DNA of 64,000 nt. Origin: Hormiphora californensis. Lineage: Eukaryota > Animalia > Ctenophora. The translations under genes were made by a program, and so were the position numbers. The stretch lies in the NCBI GenBank assembly GCA_020137815.1, contig CM035357.1, positions 7,874,001-7,938,000 on the forward strand, read 5' to 3'. The notes under the pieces are model-generated. The model saw only the letters and a program-made list of their open reading frames with translations. It searched no databases and was not told where the DNA came from. Below are positions 1 through 14,699 of the stretch, in pieces (position 1 is the first letter of the stretch; every line of letters starts with the position of its first letter).

Positions 1-544
1 TATCCTGGAATAATATATCCGGTATGACACTATGTGTTAAGCCACAGTGAAATGTTTGACACTACTTACCAAATACGTCATGTGGTATGATATAAATTCC
101 TATCTCATGCGCTATCTCTAATACACACCCTCACTATTTATATTATAGAGAAGTACTATAGTTTTTACAAACTCCAATGCAGCACTATAACAGTCTAATA
201 CTACTGGCAGGTTTACTGGATATGTCGTGATGATTATTAGGTGGAATACCTGAAGGTCTTCTTGAAGTACATTCTAGAAACACATTTATCGACTAGGCAG
301 TTTATTTTCCTGTCGACTATTATAGACTCCATGATACTGCACATGAATGAACCTTCTTATCCACACGCTTTCGTGCACGTTCATTTCTCGCCACACACTC
401 TGCTCACAACTTCATTTCGCCATACTTAGTTCATACCCTATCGTTCACACTGCTCACACCACCTCCCATACTGTTATCCGCACTGCTCACATGTTCACCA
501 CTGCTGCACTCGTCACATGTTCACCGCACCTCTCACATTGTTAC

Positions 545-641
545 CAGTGGAAGTTCGGAGTTTCTTCCTCTTCCGTAGACTGGCTCGAATGACTCTCCCT
601 GCATCATCACTCCTCAGAGGTTCCCCGTTGTTACCGTTAAC
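545..641 (-). CDS. Possible isolated exon of a gene extending beyond the window's left edge
   Basis: cag|GTT...ACT G|gtaac open frame VNGNNGEPLRSDDAGRVIRASLRKRKKLRTST. No firm partner exons found. Confidence 0.3.
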
Positions 642-1421
642 CTGTGTGTCGGAATTATAACTTCCCCTCTTACAAAGGGTTAAACATGTGCAGGAGTTGT
701 TAGTTGCACATGTAACAGTTTATCTCAATAATTGAAAGTTGCTGCAATTGAAAGTTCAAGAGCTGCTTCAGAACATTATAGAATGAATTATACAAGAAAA
801 GAAGTTAAAATAATAAAAAAAAAACTATTAAATCTTCAAACCTCGGCATCAACATTGAATCGAGTAAACTTCTTCATTTCATAATCGACACATGATTAAA
901 ACTGTCCTATATTATGATCAACTGTATCGGGCTATGTGGAACATATTATGTGAGGGAGATGCAACAATTAAATGTGGGAGAAAACAAAAATCTGCATAAA
1001 ATGCAAGCGCTCAAAAGGACAACATCGGCCGAGTTATTCGCACGTGAGAAATGGATAAAAACCGCACGGGGATCAAGATATAATAACACATCGACACAAA
1101 ACATAGTGTAACAGAGAGGAAGAGAGTCATTGATCGAACTCGAGATCACACGATTTGGTTGCCATGGTAACCACACGACAATGAAACACAGTAGCTCTGA
1201 CAGAAACCCAGGGAAGGCGTTTAGTTACAACAGGCAGAGTTGTGACTATATTCTTAAGTAAAAGCAATGAATCATCAGTATTTTAGAAAGCAAGAAGAAA
1301 TGTGAGAGAAGAAGGAAGATCGAGTATTTGGAATAATTGTGACGGCCATGATCAAGGTGTAACATCAAATATGCTAAGGTCAGAGACCCATATATTCCCA
1401 GCTATGATAATACCATTCCCG

Positions 1422-1423
<2 letters not shown>

Positions 1424-1480
<57 letters not shown>

Positions 1481-1525
1481 CACTCACTTTTTCTCTCTCT
1501 CTCTCTTTCTCTCTATCTCTCTCTC
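1424..1525. repeat. (CT)n microsatellite
   Basis: Direct observation. Confidence 0.95.
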
Positions 1526-1879
1526 TATCAGTCTCCTGTTCCTGATAATAATCACTTATTAGTAACACCATAACCCCTCCCTTAATCTCTCATCTATAAA
1601 AGTGTCGCTGTTAAAACAATATCACTCCCGACTCAAGTACCCCTGATTAACAAACAGGGAGGGGCAGCTCATGGGAAACACACGAGAAAGAACCAGATCA
1701 TACCAGCTCGAATTATTACCTGGCAGGGATTGTAGGAAAAAGGAATGTGTGTGAGAGATGTGTATATCAATAACCGAATCAGACAGACAGTGTTCCGCAG
1801 CAGGGGGCCTGGGTGAAATTGGGCCTCAGAAACACGTCTCGCGGGTTATGAATACCGATATAGCTCTTTACTAAAGATC

Positions 1880-2050
<171 letters not shown>

Positions 2051-2663
2051 ATCCTACAGTTCCTTTGATGTCCTACCCGATCAAGACAGGATGGCATAAT
2101 AAAAACACCATCAGCAAGAACTTTCAAAAAACCGAAGTAGATCCTCAGACTTTGAAGAATGCTAGTTATTACATTTCACAGTGAATAAAATGCAAAAGAT
2201 AAGAATAATTAGTCTCATACAAATTGAAAGGGTGGGGTTACTGCAACTGTAGTAGGGGAGAGAAACTAATGACAGCGAGAAGAGCACAACTGAACTCATA
2301 TCACACAGATATCGATAAGAAGAAGAATTGTTATCAGTGACAGACAGAGCTGGGGGAATTAAGATCCGGAGCTTACATATATATATGTAAGCTTAATATA
2401 TCCGCTCGTGTTATACTAGTTCACTAGGATGTAGTATGCTGGAATTCTTGATCAGTAGCCACTAAGTTTATCATGCCATAAATTCCAAATACCAACAACT
2501 TCGAGAAAAATGGAGTGACCTCAAGAACTTTGTAGGGGATGGTAGAGGAATTTGTAAAACTAACAATGAATTGATGAAAAACGGCGGAAAATGTCTGTGA
2601 CTTCTCCAAGAATGCAAACAAAATAAGTAAGTGACGTAGTACCTACTTGTATGCAAAAAAGAT

Positions 2664-2700
<37 letters not shown>

Positions 2701-3384
2701 TTCTCTCTCCCTCTCTCTCTCTCCTAGAGACAGAAACAAAAACAACCAGTGAAATGGGCGGAAGTTGGCGTACACAAAGGAGCACCAGGGGACACAATGT
2801 CTACAGACCTCTTCTCCTTAGAACCTGGACCAATAGACCTCTAAATTATATCTCCAGAAATATTCAGCTGCAGACACTGGGTACCTGGTGTTCGTGTAGA
2901 GAGGGTTATTTGTGTCGTCGGCTGTCAGCTTCACCTCCTCCTACTGTCTCACATTCGTACTATAAAAGTGTTTAGGGTTTAGGGGTTGATATAATATGTA
3001 CAGAGACGGATTTAAAAAAATTCAACGATAGAATCAGTAAAGGAAAATAATTCAGTAGAAGCGAAGCAGAAAATTTTGCAACTAGTCCGCTTTCTCTCTG
3101 TGAAGCTTTGCACTATACATTTTCACGAATCAATTAACAGAATTACAGGACTTTGTTCTACTACTCCCGTTGAAGCATAACACTACCCAGCTATTAATCG
3201 AATATTCAGGGGTAAAAAGTAACAAAGAAACTACAAATATCAAGACTTCTTCAACACAGCTACCACTCTCTCAGAGCTGCAGGCTATTTAGGTTTACCCC
3301 CCCCCCCCCCCCTCCAGCTACAACTCTCTGTCTCCAGTTCTTCCTGCAGCTACATGAACCTATCTTTTAACTTGCTTTCTCATT

Positions 3385-3540
<156 letters not shown>

Positions 3541-4467
3541 TTGGAGCGTGGTAATCTGATTATGCTACCAGCCACTGTCTAACTTACTTACCTATGTAGC
3601 AACACACACACTCCTGCACATGTGCTGCACACAGACACACCACAGCTAGTAGTTCATAACTAACATGACTATGTTAACCAAACCAAAACAACAAACAACA
3701 AAGACTGGAAACTAAATTCTGTACACAAACTAATCCTGAGATAGTATGCCTAAGTAAAAGTAAAATCATTGCACATTTGCACAAAATACACACCGAGTAG
3801 AATATGCATATGACTAGCTAGTTAGACATGTAATTATGAGCATTCTGGAAACCTAAAAATAATCTTGATCAACCGGCAAAATCAAAGAAAAAATACCATA
3901 AGAAAAAATTAGATTCATGACCTAAACGAAGGATTTCTGAAGAAAGAGTGGTAAGATAAAAAGTAAATGAGAATCTGGTAGAAAGTGTAGTTAGAGTACT
4001 ACTGCAGAAATGAGAATTGTTGGTAGAAAGTGGTGGTGACAGCTCAGTGGTAAGCGTTTACAGTTGTTGACTAAGTTGGAATGTTACTTCTTCTCCGCAA
4101 ATTCTTTTGTCACACCCACTTTTCCGCCTTATCCCCATGAAAGTTCTGGATGACTAGATAATCGTATAGTGCAGTTGTAATTATTTTACGACCTTAAGTG
4201 AAGCAAAGGTGTAAATTCATTGACCACGTTTGAAAACTCACTCATGATGAACAAACTTTTATATGTACCAAACTGAAGGGGTAATACCAAACTATCAACA
4301 TCAAAACAAACGAGCATTCACAAAACTTAAAGTGAAGCGCTTGTCAGGAATTCAATTTGTATGTAAAGCACTTCTGACAAAGAAAATTGGAACATTCCCT
4401 CTCCCAATACGCCTAGCAATTGAATTATTAATTTGAACGGAAACATGTGACACATGTAATACAAGCT

Positions 4468-4654
<187 letters not shown>

Positions 4655-4723
4655 TGAAATGAACAACAGAAACAGGGTTAAAGTGTTGTGGGTGTTGTGT
4701 GGGTCGTGACTGAAATACATTTA

Positions 4724-5183
4724 CTCCTATATAACGTAAGCCGAGAAAAAGAGAAAATGCATAAAAAGGGACATACGCTTGTGACGAGCGGCCTTTTTCT
4801 GGAACTCTTTTACTAACCCTTTTGATGTTTTGTCCCCGTTTCAAAGTAAAAACAGCTTGTTTTCTTTTGTAACAAAATCGGTTGGGTGAAACGGGAACTG
4901 AACAAAAAGGGGGCCAGGCACTCGAACACAATTCTGGACGATCTACAAACTTCTGGGGTTGCGCGCGCGGCCTATAGCCACGCGCGCGGACATAGCCGAC
5001 AAACGTCCTAACAGAAACCCCGCGCGCTACGTCCAGAACGCCCCAGAAGTGTGTCCGAGTGTCCCGCCTTCCTTCTAGATCATATCTCGGACCCGGAAAA
5101 CACAAAATACAAATATCTCATACAAAATAAGGTAATCATATCATAAAATCACCACACGCTGACGCATGGGTTACCTAACTATT
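4724..5183 (+). mobile_element. Putative non-autonomous Helitron-like element
   Basis: CpG-rich island starting TCCTATATAACGTAAG. Ends in an imperfect GC hairpin followed by CTAACTAT. No TIRs or TSD. Confidence 0.35.
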
Positions 5184-6136
5184 TGGTACCGCCCACTATC
5201 GACTATCGAGTCACTCGATTCGAGTGTGTTAAGGAATTAACTAATGTAATGTAATATGTGCTGAATAATTAACCAAGGTTTTGACAATGATATAATATGG
5301 CAAATGGTGAAGTAAATCAGTTTTAAGAACTGCAAATGTACACAAAATGTTTTCAGTACCGGAAGCGAGACAAGTTCATACTTTGGAAAGAGTTAAAACT
5401 CAAAGAAATACGAATTCCTTCTATAAAATGCAGGAGCTGGGTTTAATGGCTCTGAAAATATTTCTCAACTTGCTGACAGCAGTCGGCATGTGCATTAACG
5501 CCGGTACTAACAGACAAACAAACATACATTGGCCAAAATATGAACTGCCTAACCACAAGCCGATACCAGGCTGTTTCTCGGTAGATGATGTTATTATTAT
5601 TATTATTGTTATTATTATTGAGTGATGCTGGTTATCAAGCTTATTGTTCGGTGAGTTTACTCCTTTTGCAGCAGCTGCTATTCTGCTACCTCACCCAGTG
5701 TCATGGTACTAAATCCTACATTTACACGTGTGTGTAATGTGCACACAGGTGCTGAACTATGGAACTCAAATCGAATTCAGCCTCAAATTAGCGACAAAAG
5801 TTGATCTTTCAAATTGGACACCTTTCTTCTTTACTCGAGCCTGTCTCTCTATTTTACTGGAACGTCTAATTTATAATCTTCTCTATATCTCACTTCTTTT
5901 CTTGTGTTACTCTATTCCATCTGGTGCTCTAGTCTACGTGTCCTGTTGAAGGGGGTCAGACCTGAAGTAGCTATAATAGTGATCACTTTTGATTTCTTGT
6001 TTTAGCCGCTGCTTCTTGCACAATTACATTGCTTTTCATGAGCTGAATCTTCAGTTCGAACCTTTTCCCATGCGTAGCAGGTAGCGCGTTTAGCAAGAAG
6101 TCTAATATTATTTCCCAATATATCATAATAGCCTGC

Positions 6137-8506
6137 ATGTTACGAATTCTACTGCTCCTTCTCCCCTTGGTATCCCTCACACAATCCTGGGATACACTTA
6201 ACGGTAGCTTCGTTCTAACTGATCACAATATCAACCACGTACTAACAGAGGAACCTCTAACTATTATACTCGCCTGTAAGTAATGTAGTTCAATGCTAGA
6301 CTTAGACGGCCAAGAGACAGGGAAGAGACACTTGAAACGTTCTGAGAACTAGGAGACGTGTTGAAGGCCTTATAGGAGGCCCTTGTACAGTTTGTCAATT
6401 TCTTACATTTAACACTATTTCTGAAATGAATTCTGTAACGTCTAACACTGTGTAACATTACAGATACTAACTGGTGTGGTCATTGCAAAGAGGCTTTCCC
6501 TATTTGGGAGGAAGTCGCTAACACTGTCAATAATGATGCAGCCGCAAAAACAAAGGGTAAATCACCAACAGTTAAATATTCGATTAAAGAATTAAAGTGT
6601 GCTGTAATTGAAACCAGTTTTCTGTGTCGGGAATCAAGAAATAGAAATCATTGAATATTCAGTACTAACATCCTACGTGTTGCAGTATTCTCGGCGGATA
6701 TAGAGGTGAATAAGAAGATTCACAATGAGTGGGACACTACCTCCTTCCCAACCATCTTCTACGTAAGGAACGGGGAGAGGAAACAGTTCTCTGAATCCAG
6801 GTCTACTGAGAATCTGATGAAGTTTATCCAGCTAAATGAACAGGATCCAGTAGTGGGAATTGATGGAGATGATCTGGAGGATGCTATCTCTAGTAGGTGT
6901 TAATGAAGTGAGATCTGTTCGATATCTAACCCACCCATGATCTGGCGTCTTTAACACATCCTTCCCTCAATTAACAATCTCAATATTTACAACTATCTCC
7001 TCCAGGCACTGATGTGGCAATAGTTGGGGAGTTTACAGACTCATCCCTGTCAAAATGGTTTGAAACTCTGGCATGGAACCTTGGATACTCCTCATTCTTC
7101 ACCTTGGAAGGGGCTACAACCAACAAAATCACCGTCTACTCACAGGTTAGCTACATTAACTAGCACCTAGCAGACATGTTACAAACTGATTATCTTTACA
7201 GTATGAAGGAATGCCCAGAAGCCGTGTCATAGTTGACCTATCAGATACTGAGGGAGCGGAAAGTTTGATAAAGGAGTACCGGAGACCATACGTGATTCCC
7301 TTCTCTCGGGATGCCCACCGCCTCACCTTTGAAATCAAGGAAAGGAGTGTTTCAGTTCTGCTGTTCCACGATCACAACAGTGATGGAGCTGAAGAGAGGC
7401 TAAGAGTTTTAGGTAGGAATCAAATATTTGTGGATTTTATCTCTCTGTTAATGATCCTAAGTCCCGCATAGCTTTCTCTGATGAAGACATGTCCCAACCC
7501 ATATTTCCTAACTACTTCAGGTCAGGCTGCCCGGGCTTACCACCGAACTACAACCTTTGTTGAAATGGACATGGCAAATAGTTATGTGAAGATGTTTACC
7601 AGCTACTTTGCTGTCAAGGCATCTGATTCACCCATCATATACCTAATCGACACGGGGTCCAAACAAAAAGATAACATCGCAAAAACTAAAGATGTCACTG
7701 AATCAGGTCAGTTATTACACACTACACCAGATTTAATGGTGGAATTGAATCGTTTCTGATGACAACAGACAACAACTATCTCAATATTTCCCGTGTGTCT
7801 CAGGTATAGCCCAGCTGATAGAGGACTTTAGGGCAGGGATGGCCGATACGGTAGCACCACAGAAGGAACCAGTGGACGAGCTCCCTGAGGATTGGGAGAC
7901 TAGGAAGGTGGTGTATCTGACCAGTGCCAACTTTGTCAGTTATGTTGCAGAGAGATCTGTCTTGGTAATGATTCACAGAGAGAGCTGTCCTCATTGCAAG
8001 AGTCTGAAACCTATCTGGGAGGAAATTGCAGAGAAGTGAGTCGTACACGTAAAGGAGGGTCGGAACATAATGATACTCGCACAATTTCCTGAAATAACAG
8101 TTTAGATGAAAAAGGAACCAGCATGAGCAATTTTCAGGTACAAAGACCACCCTACCCTGAAAATAGCCGAATTGAAAAGCGGGAATGCTGCTCAAATAAA
8201 GGGATTGGAAGTAACCAGAGTCCCTACAATCTTATTTTACCCAGCAAACAGTGGAATTTCTGAGGTAAGATAGGGAAATAAATTATTCAGCGTTATCAAA
8301 TAGTCAAATGTTGGACTTGAACAGTCCTTTTAAACATTTGGAACTTTATATGCCGATTTCCGAAGAACAAATATAATAGGGTATGCTAACATATATTAGA
8401 TAATACTACTACTCCCCTTTAGGCTATAGAATTTGAGGGTTCCCGAACATTGGCAGGACTCGAAGAGTTCATCGTAAAGCAGCAAACAGTAAAAGATGAA
8501 TTGTAA
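6137..8506 (+). CDS. Protein disulfide-isomerase family protein (multi-exon, catalytically active, ER-resident)
   Basis: Exon 1 (6137-6275) encodes the signal peptide MLRILLLLLPLVSLTQS. It splices in phase to 6464, giving YTNWCGHCKE. A second thioredoxin site, HRESCPHCK, lies at ~7975-8000. The final exon ends AAA GAT GAA TTG TAA (KDEL*) at 8506. Confidence 0.92.
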
Positions 8507-8662
8507 CATCCATATTGAAAGACTAAATACTGAATATTCATCTCAACTGTGTGTCAAATCAAACATTTACCAGATTTAAATTATTTCATCGTGATGAATA
8601 TTGGATTTCTTAACTCTTCGTTTCCCACAGATCTCTCATTATACCTATATATTTCCTAGAGT

Positions 8663-11513
8663 ATGTTTGTTATCCAGATACTCCTTCTTCAAGTGTTTTC
8701 AGGGGCGATTCACTCATACAGTTATGATCTGCCTTCACAGTTACTGGTTGAAGTCAATGAGGATTCTTTTGAGGACTTTATTAACTCTTCTCCTTTCTGC
8801 TTACTTGACTTTTGTAAGTTACAAGAGTTACAACGGTCCAATCCAGATCTTTCCATCTGCATATTTCATCCATACACACATAATGTGTTTTCAGATATGA
8901 AGCGTTCTGATATGGCCATCCCTACCGACCCTACAACCACTACATCGACTTTTGTAGTCGCCGAGGACAACCCTGCCCCTCAACTGCTAAAGTTCGGGAA
9001 AATCGAGACAAAATCCAACTCCATCATAGCCAATAAGATTGGTGTTAGGAAGTCGACATATCCTACTAAACTGCTATTCAGGGAGGGGAAGATTATTGAC
9101 ATTATCGATCCATGTAAGATCTAGGATGTTTGACAGGGGATATATGGGGTAGGAAATATGTTCTGGTACTAGCTGTTTCAGGAAACTTAGACTTTTTTAG
9201 CCACCAGAAACCTCTACTATCCTGATATGCTACGGAGTTGGATAATAAAACGTGTAATCGGTCAAGTTCTACCCCTCAACCAGGTAACACACAGTTTTAA
9301 AAAGCTTTCTTTGTCTCGTGTGTGTATGCTTTCAACTGATTTTACCTCCATAAGATTCCACAAGATCTAAGGGAGGATTCGTCAGCAGTAGTCCTGCTCA
9401 ACACACCAACAACTGAAGGTCTACTACGGATCTCTCTCAAAATGACCGGAGTTATGTTTTACAGTGGCCCATTGGAAGAGCTACCAGCCCAGTGGAGGAA
9501 TGATGTCAATGGAAGTGGTGTTTATGTTGTTAGAAATGTGAGTTTAGGAAGCTAGAGATATGTATAATCCATTAGAATCCATGTTTATTGGGATGGAAAC
9601 TAAACTTGCCAACTTGTGTTTTAGTTTATTGGACAGAATGCTGTTGAAAAGGCTAAGCTAACAGATCAGGACGAAGAGAATTTGAAGGAGCTTGAAAAAC
9701 TGACCTCACCAGCAGTTGTTATGCTTACCCATCAGGTCTACTTCTTCACAAATACTATTCAATATCTGCCCCTTTTTATCGAATTGAACCGAACAAAAAT
9801 TATACAGGTTTACACGAGTGTTCAGATTGGAGAGCAGTGGTTGCTTGGGCTGGGTCTCTTTCGAAGTAGGCCCTCCCATCAAGGAATTGAAGAGACACTG
9901 ATTGGTGCACTGGAGCAACTTACATCCATCCTAGGAGCTGGACAGGTTTGTTACTATGACAATGCATTCCATGATTACTATGGCAACAAAATGTTTGTTT
10001 CCACAGGTTCGTGGTGCGCTGGTGGATCTTGATAAAACCGATGATTACACCCAGCGGATGGCAAACTTCTTTGGCCTCGCACCGGACCTCCCCACTGTAT
10101 TTTCGGTAAATCCACATTCTAATTGATTAAACTCCGTAAGCTAGTTCGCACACTCTGTATCATACTAACCTCCTCCACAGTTCAAGATGGACGGGCACGA
10201 CTACCGGAAGGGAAAGATGGAAACAGAGCTGACTGAGCATAATATGAAGGAGTTCCTCTTCGCTGAGGTAGGGAAATGAGCAGTGGAAATGAGAGGGTAG
10301 CAGTGGAAATGAGAAGAATGGTTGATATAGTGAGGTCACGTGCAATACAGTGCAGTTGCTGGCTGTAAAAGAGCTAATCCAGGAGAATCTTTATATTTCT
10401 TCGTAAACTTCGCACCATCTCAGGTACAGAGATTGTACAAGGATAAAAAAGAGGAAAAGGAAAGGGAGGAGAGGATGCGAGATTTAAAGAAATCAGAACC
10501 AGTGCCTCACAATTGGCAAGGTATCACCTATTAACCTAGTTACCTGCTATGACTAGGCTATGTTTCCTTTTGCTCAAGATGCTCGAATAGGTCACTCCGT
10601 ACTAGCCCTTCTTACATTGTCCCACATTGTCGAAAAGTGATAACATTCCAATTCATTGTCATCCAGTCAGTACCACCCCGTACCAGATCTGTGGGGACTT
10701 TCCATTGTGCCTTATGTCTAGATCTGTACCCCGGTGGACCTTTTTCATTAGGTGCTATATTTAGAGCATTTTTGGTAACACAGCATTACTGCTCAGTACT
10801 GCACTATATTATTTTAGGTGCTCGAATAAAGCAAATTGTTGGTAAAACGGTTGGAGATTGGGTGAGAACTGCAACTAAACCAGTCTTTCTATTTTGCTAC
10901 ACATCACAAACCCCTGAGTTATCTCGAGCCCTTCTACAGTATTCCAAGGTAACACATTTCTGTTATAAAATCCTGGGTAGAATGACAATGTTTCCTCAAT
11001 GTGTCCACAATGTGGTCCTCAAACGTTCCGTAGGGAGCATGTCATTCTACCAAATACTGTTTAGTCACTTATTCTAACAAACTATAACTAGCTGCAAAAG
11101 AAGTTTGGTGAGGTTGGAGAGTTTGGTAAGATGAAAACCACCGAGAACGAAGTGGATTTCAAACTTCCCTCAATCGGAATTGTTGTCCTGCGTGTATTTG
11201 ATAATGAGGTATGATGTGCAAATTAAATTCTTGTGTACTCATCAAAATATAAAATCATTTTCGGAACACAAAAAGTTCTCTAAATTTACAATCAAATAAC
11301 ACATAAAATGTACTGCTCTCGGAATCTAAATTCCCCAAATAATACTGTGTAATCCGATATAACGTGCTATTACGCCCGGCGAATCAGGGTCCTACTATAT
11401 AAATAACAAAAACCTCTTTTCAGATTCACAGTGCATTGTTATCGGCCGGACAATGGGACATTAGTTCTATCGAACGATGGATAGTCAACAGTCAAACTAA
11501 AACGGAGCTTTGA
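8663..11513 (+). CDS. PDI-like thioredoxin-fold ER protein, apparently redox-inactive (multi-exon)
   Basis: Signal-peptide-like MFVIQILLLQVFSGAIHS. Thioredoxin-like segments (LVEVNEDSFEDFINSSPFCLLDF, FGKIE...YPTKLLFREG, VKQIVGKTV-like) have no CxxC that I could find. Ends AAA ACG GAG CTT TGA (KTEL*) at 11513. Confidence 0.8.
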
Positions 11514-11936
11514 ATATCAAATGATTAATATTTACAGACGAATTATGGGTCAGAGACGTGGACTATTATATTATTATTATTTTGTAGGTTTTACTGTTTT
11601 AACAATCATTTCAAGTCAATCCCAAACTAAAAAGACCCTGAGATAGTGATTTGATCTTGGTTGCATTTGAACGTACTCAATAAGATCTTTCCAACGCAAC
11701 CAAAATCACACGAGGAATCGGAGATACGACTAATTTCGCTGTGCAGACTGCAGTCTTTGTTATTTCACTGGGACACATATTTTCATAAACTGGAAATCGT
11801 ACAGTTGGTAATTACAGATTGATCAACTGCTCTCTACGCTGTAGAGGTCGATCATATCACAAGTCATTAGTCCATCGTCACAGACGCAAATTTAAAGGTA
11901 TTCTAATGGCAGTTCCTTCATAAGATGATTTCATAG

Positions 11937-12748
11937 TCAGATTGCAGCCCGAAATGACAGGAACTGGTGGGGAAGGATGTGATGGGCCGCAAGTTGGTTA
12001 TGAGGCAGGACCAGGTGAAACTGAAGATTTGCACCTCCTCCTCCGCCTGTCGATGACTGTTTTCCTGGTGAAAAGGAAACATGGTTGCAAGCTGCAAATG
12101 CAAAAACACGTGTTCGTCCAGTTGTAAGTGAGTGTGTGAGTTGGGCAGTGTATCTTATTAGAATACCTGGATTGGTGTTGAAGCTGCTGTGTTGGTGATG
12201 GAAAGATTGGAGACTATCTCTCAGCCTGTTCTTGTCTTTCTGCCTCCTGTTCTGCCACCATCTTTTCACCTAGACACAAAGTGGCACTGAAAACTTGGAC
12301 CAAGGACACTTTTTCCTGTTATTGCATCAAATCTAAATACTAAATGCTCGCTGGCCAATTACTGCAAGTTACCTGAGTCTCTGTAAGACCGGTTTTCTTA
12401 GCAACCAGTTTCCTAGTCTCAGATGTTAGGTAAGTCCGTCTCTCTCCGTGATAAATGTCCTCCATCACTCCGATCTGTGAAGTGTAGCATATTATAGTAA
12501 GCTATAATTGGGAATTGTTAAAATATGTGTGTTGTAAAAATATGTGTGATTTTGCCTGGGAGGGTGCGAAAACGGATCTTCCCGTGGGTCTCTTTGGTCC
12601 TCCAAGCTGGTTAGTGGGCGAGTTACTCCCCTCAACAATCTCTGAAATAAAATGTAGTTTATTGGGATGATACCGAGAAAACAGTTAATACAACTATCAG
12701 GATGGCCACATCTTTAATTCCTCACCTTATCATGACTCTAAAGTGCAT
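11937..12748 (-). CDS. Homeodomain transcription factor (ANTP-like intron position, atypical homeodomain); 5' exon uncertain
   Basis: Exons ~12556-12641, 12373-12474 and <=12269 splice to RPTGRSVFAPSQ|IGVMEDIYHGERRTYLTSETRKLVAKKTGLTETQ|VKRWWQNRRQKDKN. There is an intron between Q44 and V45. The candidate first exon (12726-12748) is out of phase by 1 nt. Confidence 0.85.
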
Positions 12749-14638
12749 CTTATAATATTACCCCATTTCCCTCTCTAGCGCCTCCAACCAACACCCCTCC
12801 TGGCTCTCTCTCTCTCTCTCTCTCTGGCATCATTCCTTTTAATGCCTAATCAATCGACGGGCAATTCATAAAGGCCGTGACTACCGAAGTGCTAAATTAG
12901 CTTTTGATAAGAGAGACTGGTCCCTGTTGGAACGGGAGTTGGCAAATCGGTTATTCACAGAGATAAAACACATTGCCCCTCTCGCAGTCTCGGAGAGTAA
13001 GTTATAAGGCATGGGTACGGCGGGCAATTCATTAAATCCTTTGTAACGTTTACAGCTCAATTGAGCACTTTCTCTCTCTCTCTCGCACTCACTCTCTCCC
13101 TCCCGTTTATCTCACGCATAAGTGCTAGAACTGGGGACGTGTGATAATGCACCCAGACCGATATAGCCGGAGCTGGTACCGACTGGAACGCCCAGGAAAC
13201 GCCGAAACTCTAACTGCGAATAGGAGAATGGAGCTCATTATTTATTCGGTCAAGGAAGTATAAAATAGTGGTTGAAAACTAAGAATGGCAGAGAAGCATG
13301 CGCCTAGATTCTAGACCTGAAAGACAGGTATGGGAAAGTTTACAGAATGTCAACCCTTGGCTATTGCTATCAGTGCTGTTGGTTGTTAGGGAGCGGCTTA
13401 CGGGAGGATGGGATGATCGAGCTGGTAGATTGAGTTAGTACAAAACAGAGTTGCACCGTGTTAGTAGCAAGTTTATCGGTACAGAATCTGTTGTAGAACG
13501 TTGGGCGAACAGGAATTTATGAAAGTGCTAGGAAAGTATTTTTGCACAGCTCCGTTTTCTACCAACTCATTCTACCAACTCGATCCGACGTCGTATTCCG
13601 CCTGGTAAGAATAGGTATGCATTCTCAGTGGACACTGGACAGTGGTTAGGGACAGCGGGACTAGACTCCTGAGACATATCTAGTTATCTTAGTAGCCAAT
13701 TTTTCGGCTGAAACGATATCCAACTACAGATAGACCTCGATTTACGGATAGATTACCCCGGCCCAGTTTATCATTTTGTGAAATAGAACCAGGTTTAGAG
13801 GTGGAGTGGGAGGGGGATAGGAGACATCAGGGGTTTGCACGTGCAAATTGAGTTCTTGAGTAATATTGAAACTTTATGGCTCTTTGGAAAGAGCTCGATC
13901 CCCTCTTTCTAAAGATCCCAGGAAATTTAAAATTTGCTGAGAAATGGCCGAGTTATGTCGTAAAACGTCTCAAAATTTTCAACACATGAATCCCTTTGTA
14001 TCAGCCGTTGTTACTATTGAGAACGTTGGGCTCTAGTTAATTATAACTATCCCGAGAGGATATTATAATCAAGATCTAGTATTCGCAAGGTAGAGGTATA
14101 CGTCCAAAAAGCATAACAATCAGAGACCGTAGGCTACCCTCTGCACTATTGACTAAACTCTAAAAAATTTAAATTTATATATGAACAAGTATCTATATAC
14201 CTATTCGGGGCCGCTCAACCACTTTCAGTTGACTTCGTTTACTTCCATTCTCCGCCTTTTGTTCTCCAACGTGATGTTTCAGCAGGTATGCGATGTCGAA
14301 ACTTCGGGACATGTCACAGATCTCTTGAACCAAACTGTAGCTCACATTGGAGAGGGAGAAGTTAAAAAGGGAATAAAACTACGAAGATGTTAGAGGACTG
14401 CCCGAAACAGGGTCTGGTGCCGCGAGACAGTTAGAAGGAGACCAAGCTCAATTGGAATCAACCATCGGGCGAATAACATAGGTCAATGATCATGACAAAC
14501 TTGATCAGCATAAAACATGTCAACCATGTTTGTCTCGGTGAGCTTCCCTCGGAGGAGCTGGGGCGTGAGATCTGTGAGTCACGTGACCTCGTTATCACGT
14601 GCAGCTAGAATGTGTTAACAGAGAGTGATAAAGTGATA

Positions 14639-14699
<61 letters not shown>

